Origin: Azolla caroliniana
Lineage: Eukaryota; Plantae; Polypodiophyta
Length of the DNA: 64,000 nt
Direction: 5' to 3'
NCBI GenBank assembly: GCA_043228905.1
Contig: JBHGNT010000012.1
Span: forward strand, 16,740,001 to 16,804,000
The notes beneath the pieces are model-generated. The model saw only the letters and a list, made by a program, of their open reading frames with translations, had not been told where the DNA came from and made no database searches. A program made the translations under genes and the position numbers. Positions 59,848 through 64,000 of this stretch are shown here, one piece after another (the first letter of the stretch is position 1; every line of letters begins with the position of its first letter).

Positions 59848-62800
59848 TGTTACGGGCATGACCATATAATATCCCGTGGTGAGAATTGTCGTAGTATTCT
59901 ATACACGTGGATAAGTGTGAGGGTTAAACAAAGAGTCTAAAGAAGGGGAGGATTACTTTTAATCCTCGGGATTGAGACAACCCATGAGGCCAAGTGTGAA
60001 CATGGCTGGGGGCCTTGAGAATTACTATAAATAAGAGGCCTAGCTACCCTCATTTCATCATGCATTGACTACGTCGAGACTCTGTCCGTGAGTGGAACGA
60101 CTCTTGTAGTAAGCGCGCTATCGTCCAGGTACGACTCGACGCCAAGGCGGTGGTATGGGACGCCGATCGAGGCTCGAGTCCGTCTCGATCCCTTCGCTCG
60201 GGGGTGGTCGGGTGGATCGGCACCCTTCTTTCTCTCTTTTCTCTCTATTCTTTCTAGATCTATCATTGATATATCCTTATTTTATGCTTACTTTAGTACC
60301 TAATCTCTAATATTTGGTATCAGAGCCTATGTACTAACGTTTCTTTTGGTTTTCTTTTTGTCTTCGCGTGGGATGGCGATTGATCGTTGTGCGGTCACCT
60401 TCATGCAAACAAGGATTAGCGAAAGAACTTCGGTAAATTTTCCTTAATTTTTTATCTAATTTTTCTTCTCCCTTCTATACATGTGTATACTTAATATGTA
60501 GTTTTTTTTTCATATATTCAATGATGTTGACGTGGTATTTAATTGGTTATCTTAAACGTTTACATATGTCCACGAGGTCAATACCTCGTTTGACATATAA
60601 ATCATATGTGATGAGTGTCGTATGCGTACGAGGTTACTACCTCAATTGCGTATTACGTTCACGAACATATGTTACGTTCGCGTACGAGGTCAATACCTCG
60701 ATTCGTTCGAAATGATATGCGTTGGATTTACTATGCGTAAGAGGTCAATACCTCAATTGCGAATTACGCTTAACCTTATTTTCGGATGTTTCGTGTGCGT
60801 AGAGGTATATGCCTCGATTACGTATCCCGAATACATCATTGTTGGCTATATAAAAAAAACGATTCATTTAGTATACGCATATGTGGTCACTTATATACGT
60901 CTCTGATCGTATATATGTGATATATTGACATATGTGTATATTTTAGATTACGTGATTCATATCAAATGTTTTCCTAATTGGGGAGAGGATTTTGGTGGCC
61001 GTCCTCACATTTTTGTGAGAATGGCGTTGTCACCATCCCTTTTATCAACAATTTTTATTGTTGAAATTCCCGTTGGTCACTTTGATCTTTCGTTACGTAA
61101 CGAACCTCGTATAGCCAAAATGATGTTGAATACGTCGGGCTTGATCCACATCAAGTAGGGTCGCTCTAATGACACACGTATCCAACATCTCCCCTCGTTA
61201 CATGGATACGATGCCACCATGAGCTCGTTCTTACGAGCGCCATTCGTAATGACGTGACCATGTGATGGGCCACATGAGCCTACGAAGACACAAGGGCTCA
61301 TTCGGCTTGACCATTAGGTTACACTTTGGCATATGCCATTGTACTTACGAGGCTTGAGGGTAGGTAGCGTACAACCATAGTGGGTAATAAATGAGGGAGA
61401 AATAAGGCCACTTGACCTATATGTTTCTTTTAAAAAAAACATATAGGGGTAAATGCCTCGCATATCTCGAATACGCCTCAAACATTAAACATTCAAGACG
61501 CGCAATCTACTTGGTTGGCTCAAGTGTTTAATGTATTTGTCCTCGAGGTCTCGAGTTCAAATATGACCAACACCATACAACATCGTTGATACATATGACT
61601 ATAATACATGTTTAGACTTTAGGTCTAAGTGCACTTCGGGGTCCTCGTAATAGGACTTAAAGAGCCGAAACCACATATGTGGGCACAGAAACATAGTTAT
61701 TGTTAACATTTTTTTCGTGTATAAACTATTCATGACGCGAACATACATGGTTGAGCCTCGGGGAGCCGCCATGAAAAAAATCGATATAGAGATCAGGGAA
61801 AGGCATTCATTTGTCACCCCCATGGTTTTTAAAACACCTCTGTGTTACCATAGTAACCTGATCTTGAACCTCATTTCATACGTCTAGAGGGGTATTGACG
61901 TGAGATCATGATATCGATTAATGTTTGCCCATGATATGTTTACACCACGACAAGATGTTATGACTATTTGTCTGACCTTATCTTATTTCTTTGCCAGAAA
62001 TAATCATTCAATGGCTCAGAATAACGACCCGATGCCCTCCGCTCAAGCGGAAAGACCTCAAGGAAATCCTCCTGGGACAATGTCCATTGAGGCGTATATT
62101 TTACAAGTACAACATTTCCTTAGTTCAACCGCGCAGCAGTTGACCGAATTTCGGCAATCTCAAAGTGCTCTCGAGGCACGAGTCATTAGTCTCCAAAATG
62201 AGATTAATAGACCTGATGAGCGTCAGGGTGAACCATCATTTGTCGTAAAGCCATTTACGGGAGATAAAAAGGAAAGAACCGAAGAAGCAATCTGCACGTG
62301 GCTGGGCCGATGGGAGTCTCATTTTGAGCTCTATCCCACGCCAGATAGTACGAAGATTGCATATGTCGGCCGAGAACTAGGGGGTAAGGCCGCCGCTTGG
62401 TGGCGTGGGCTCCGAACTTTGGGGAGATTGCCCGAGACCTGGACAGACTTTGTCACAGTTTTCAAGGGTCAATTTCTACAACCTCCCTCTCGAACCGAGG
62501 CAGCACAAGCTTTAATGAACCTCTCTAGCAGGAAGTTTTCCTCGCTAGAAGACTATGTCCACCATGCTAGAACCCAAATCCAAAAATCGGGTCTAGAAGG
62601 GGACAATTGGTTAATAGCTTGTTTTGTCAATGGCATCCCCAATTCGGACTATCACTGGATAGTGCACGATAAGGATCCAAAATCCTTCGAAGAGGCCGTT
62701 GAGATAGTTCTTCGCTATCAACGCACTTTGAAGAAGGACCATAACAAACCCCACGAAGCGCCCGGGACTAAGCAGTCGCAATTCGTTGGGAAACGCAAGA

Positions 62801-64000
62801 CACCCAACGAATTCATGGATCGCGATAATAAGCGACAACATCCTTTTTGCGTATTCTGCAAAAAGAAGGGTCATACAAAAGAGCAATGTCGTAAGCTCCA
62901 ACGAAAAGAGCACGACGCCAAACCTAAAGCTACAGACCATAAAGGTCAGATTCCTAATGTCCTTCAGGTCTATACACATCATTTGAGTAATTGTCAATGT
63001 TCTTTCCCTCATTATGTATTGGGTCCCAATGATTTACTACGTGCAAACGGGTATATCGATGGATCTCCCGTACAATTTTTATTTGATTCGGGAAGCTCAC
63101 ACAATTTTGTTAATGATCGTTTGGTACAGATATGGGGAATCCAACCCACCGTAAGTGATCACACCTACACGGTGCACTTGGCTGATGGAAGAGTACAACA
63201 CATCAACGGGGCGATTCATTCTTTAGGAATTTCTATTGATACCTATATAGAGGAAGTAGACTTCCATGTAATGAATCTTAGTACCACCGATGTAATACTG
63301 GGTTATCCCTGGTTTTATAATAAAAGCTCTTCTTTATTTATTGATTGGGTTCGCCATTCCATTTCTTTTGTACTCAACGATTGTACGCATTTTATTCAAT
63401 GTGTAACAAAACAATCCCTCTCGATTGTTACCTCGTGTCCATCAATATCCGAGTTGTCTTGTTCTACGTTATTTTATTGTGTACTTGATCCGGACATTCA
63501 CGTTTACAATATCGATAATGTCTCGGGTCAATTAACATATTTTGAACAAAAACAACTTGATGAAATCGTAAACGATTTTCGTGATGTTTTTCCGAGTGAA
63601 CTACCCGATGGTTTACCTCCTAAACGTAATATAGACCATCGTATAGATATTGTACCTGGCATTGCACCCATTAGTATACCTCCGTATCGCCTAAGTCGAT
63701 CTGAAGAGGATGAGGTAGCAAAGCAACTTAAGGACTATTTACGAATGGGTTATATACGTTATAGTAAATCTCCATGGGGTGCACCAGTTCTCTTGGTTAA
63801 AAAGAAAGAGGGCACATGGCGTATGTGTATTAATTACCGACGCTTGAATAAAGTGACGATCAAGAATTCGTACCCATTGCCCCGGGCTGACGATCTAATT
63901 GACCGTCTCCAGGGAGCTCGGTATTTTACGAAACTTGATCTCCGTACTGGCTACCATCAAATACGAATAAGTGAGGACGATGTTCCTAAAACAGCATTTC
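59848..64000 (+). mobile_element. Gypsy K (related to F), 5' part only
   Basis: LTR ~59848-60312; iMet PBS TGGTATCAGAGC at 60315; ~1.7-kb leader; gag-pol follows. Confidence 0.88.
62011..64000 (+). CDS. Gypsy K Gag-Pol, apparently open to the window end
   Basis: MAQNNDP...; [14 protein letters not shown] (~62848); [10 protein letters not shown] (~63079); RT start [23 protein letters not shown]. Absent from the ORF track, consistent with no stop before 64000. Confidence 0.85.
   Translation, partial: MAQNNDPMPSAQAERPQGNPPGTMSIEAYILQVQHFLSSTAQQLTEFRQSQSALEARVISLQNEINRPDERQGEPSFVVKPFTGDKKERTEEAICTWLGRWESHFELYPTPDSTKIAYVGRELGGKAAAWWRGLRTLGRLPETWTDFVTVFKGQFLQPPSRTEAAQALMNLSSRKFSSLEDYVHHARTQIQKSGLEGDNWLIACFVNGIPNSDYHWIVHDKDPKSFEEAVEIVLRYQRTLKKDHNKPHEAPGTKQSQFVGKRKTPNEFMDRDNKRQHPFCVFCKKKGHTKEQCRKLQRKEHDAKPKATDHKGQIPNVLQVYTHHLSNCQCSFPHYVLGPNDLLRANGYIDGSPVQFLFDSGSSHNFVNDRLVQIWGIQPTVSDHTYTVHLADGRVQHINGAIHSLGISIDTYIEEVDFHVMNLSTTDVILGYPWFYNKSSSLFIDWVRHSISFVLNDCTHFIQCVTKQSLSIVTSCPSISELSCSTLFYCVLDPDIHVYNIDNVSGQLTYFEQKQLDEIVNDFRDVFPSELPDGLPPKRNIDHRIDIVPGIAPISIPPYRLSRSEEDEVAKQLKDYLRMGYIRYSKSPWGAPVLLVKKKEGTWRMCINYRRLNKVTIKNSYPLPRADDLIDRLQGARYFTKLDLRTGYHQIRISEDDVPKTAF

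Overview
Plant nuclear DNA, most likely from a moss or other bryophyte (inferred from the mix of Tcn1-like, tRNA-Trp-primed and Bryco-like elements). The first ~3.7 kb holds the 5' end of a minus-strand host gene. It is followed by a decayed L1-type LINE (~4.8-8.4 kb) and then a ~56 kb nest of LTR retrotransposons, which I resolved by LTR pairs, PBS, PPT and target-site duplications (TSD). Nest 1 is a self-priming Tcn1/Tf1-like gypsy A (8495-40770). It hosts RT-less copia B (containing solo LTR C), tRNA-Trp-primed gypsy D (containing Gag-only element E), chromovirus F and Tnt1-like copia G. Nest 2 is a decayed copia H (~40830-59847). It hosts Athila/Tat-like gypsy I (containing intact copia L), solo LTR J and gypsy K, which runs off the window. 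Highlights: (1) element I has no polypurine tract and carries a CCA-ended tRNA-Arg 3'-half mimic exactly where the PPT should be; (2) E is a young Gag-only satellite of the D lineage, sharing its PBS, 4-bp TSD and a covarying pre-PPT hairpin; (3) D has a slippery heptamer plus pseudoknot between protease and RT; (4) A shows Tf1-type self-priming; (5) Pol III A/B-box tRNA-like motifs lie in U3 of two unrelated LTRs; (6) telomere repeats fill a deletion junction. All alignments and counts were done by eye. tRNA identities and lineage names come from recalled knowledge and need database confirmation.
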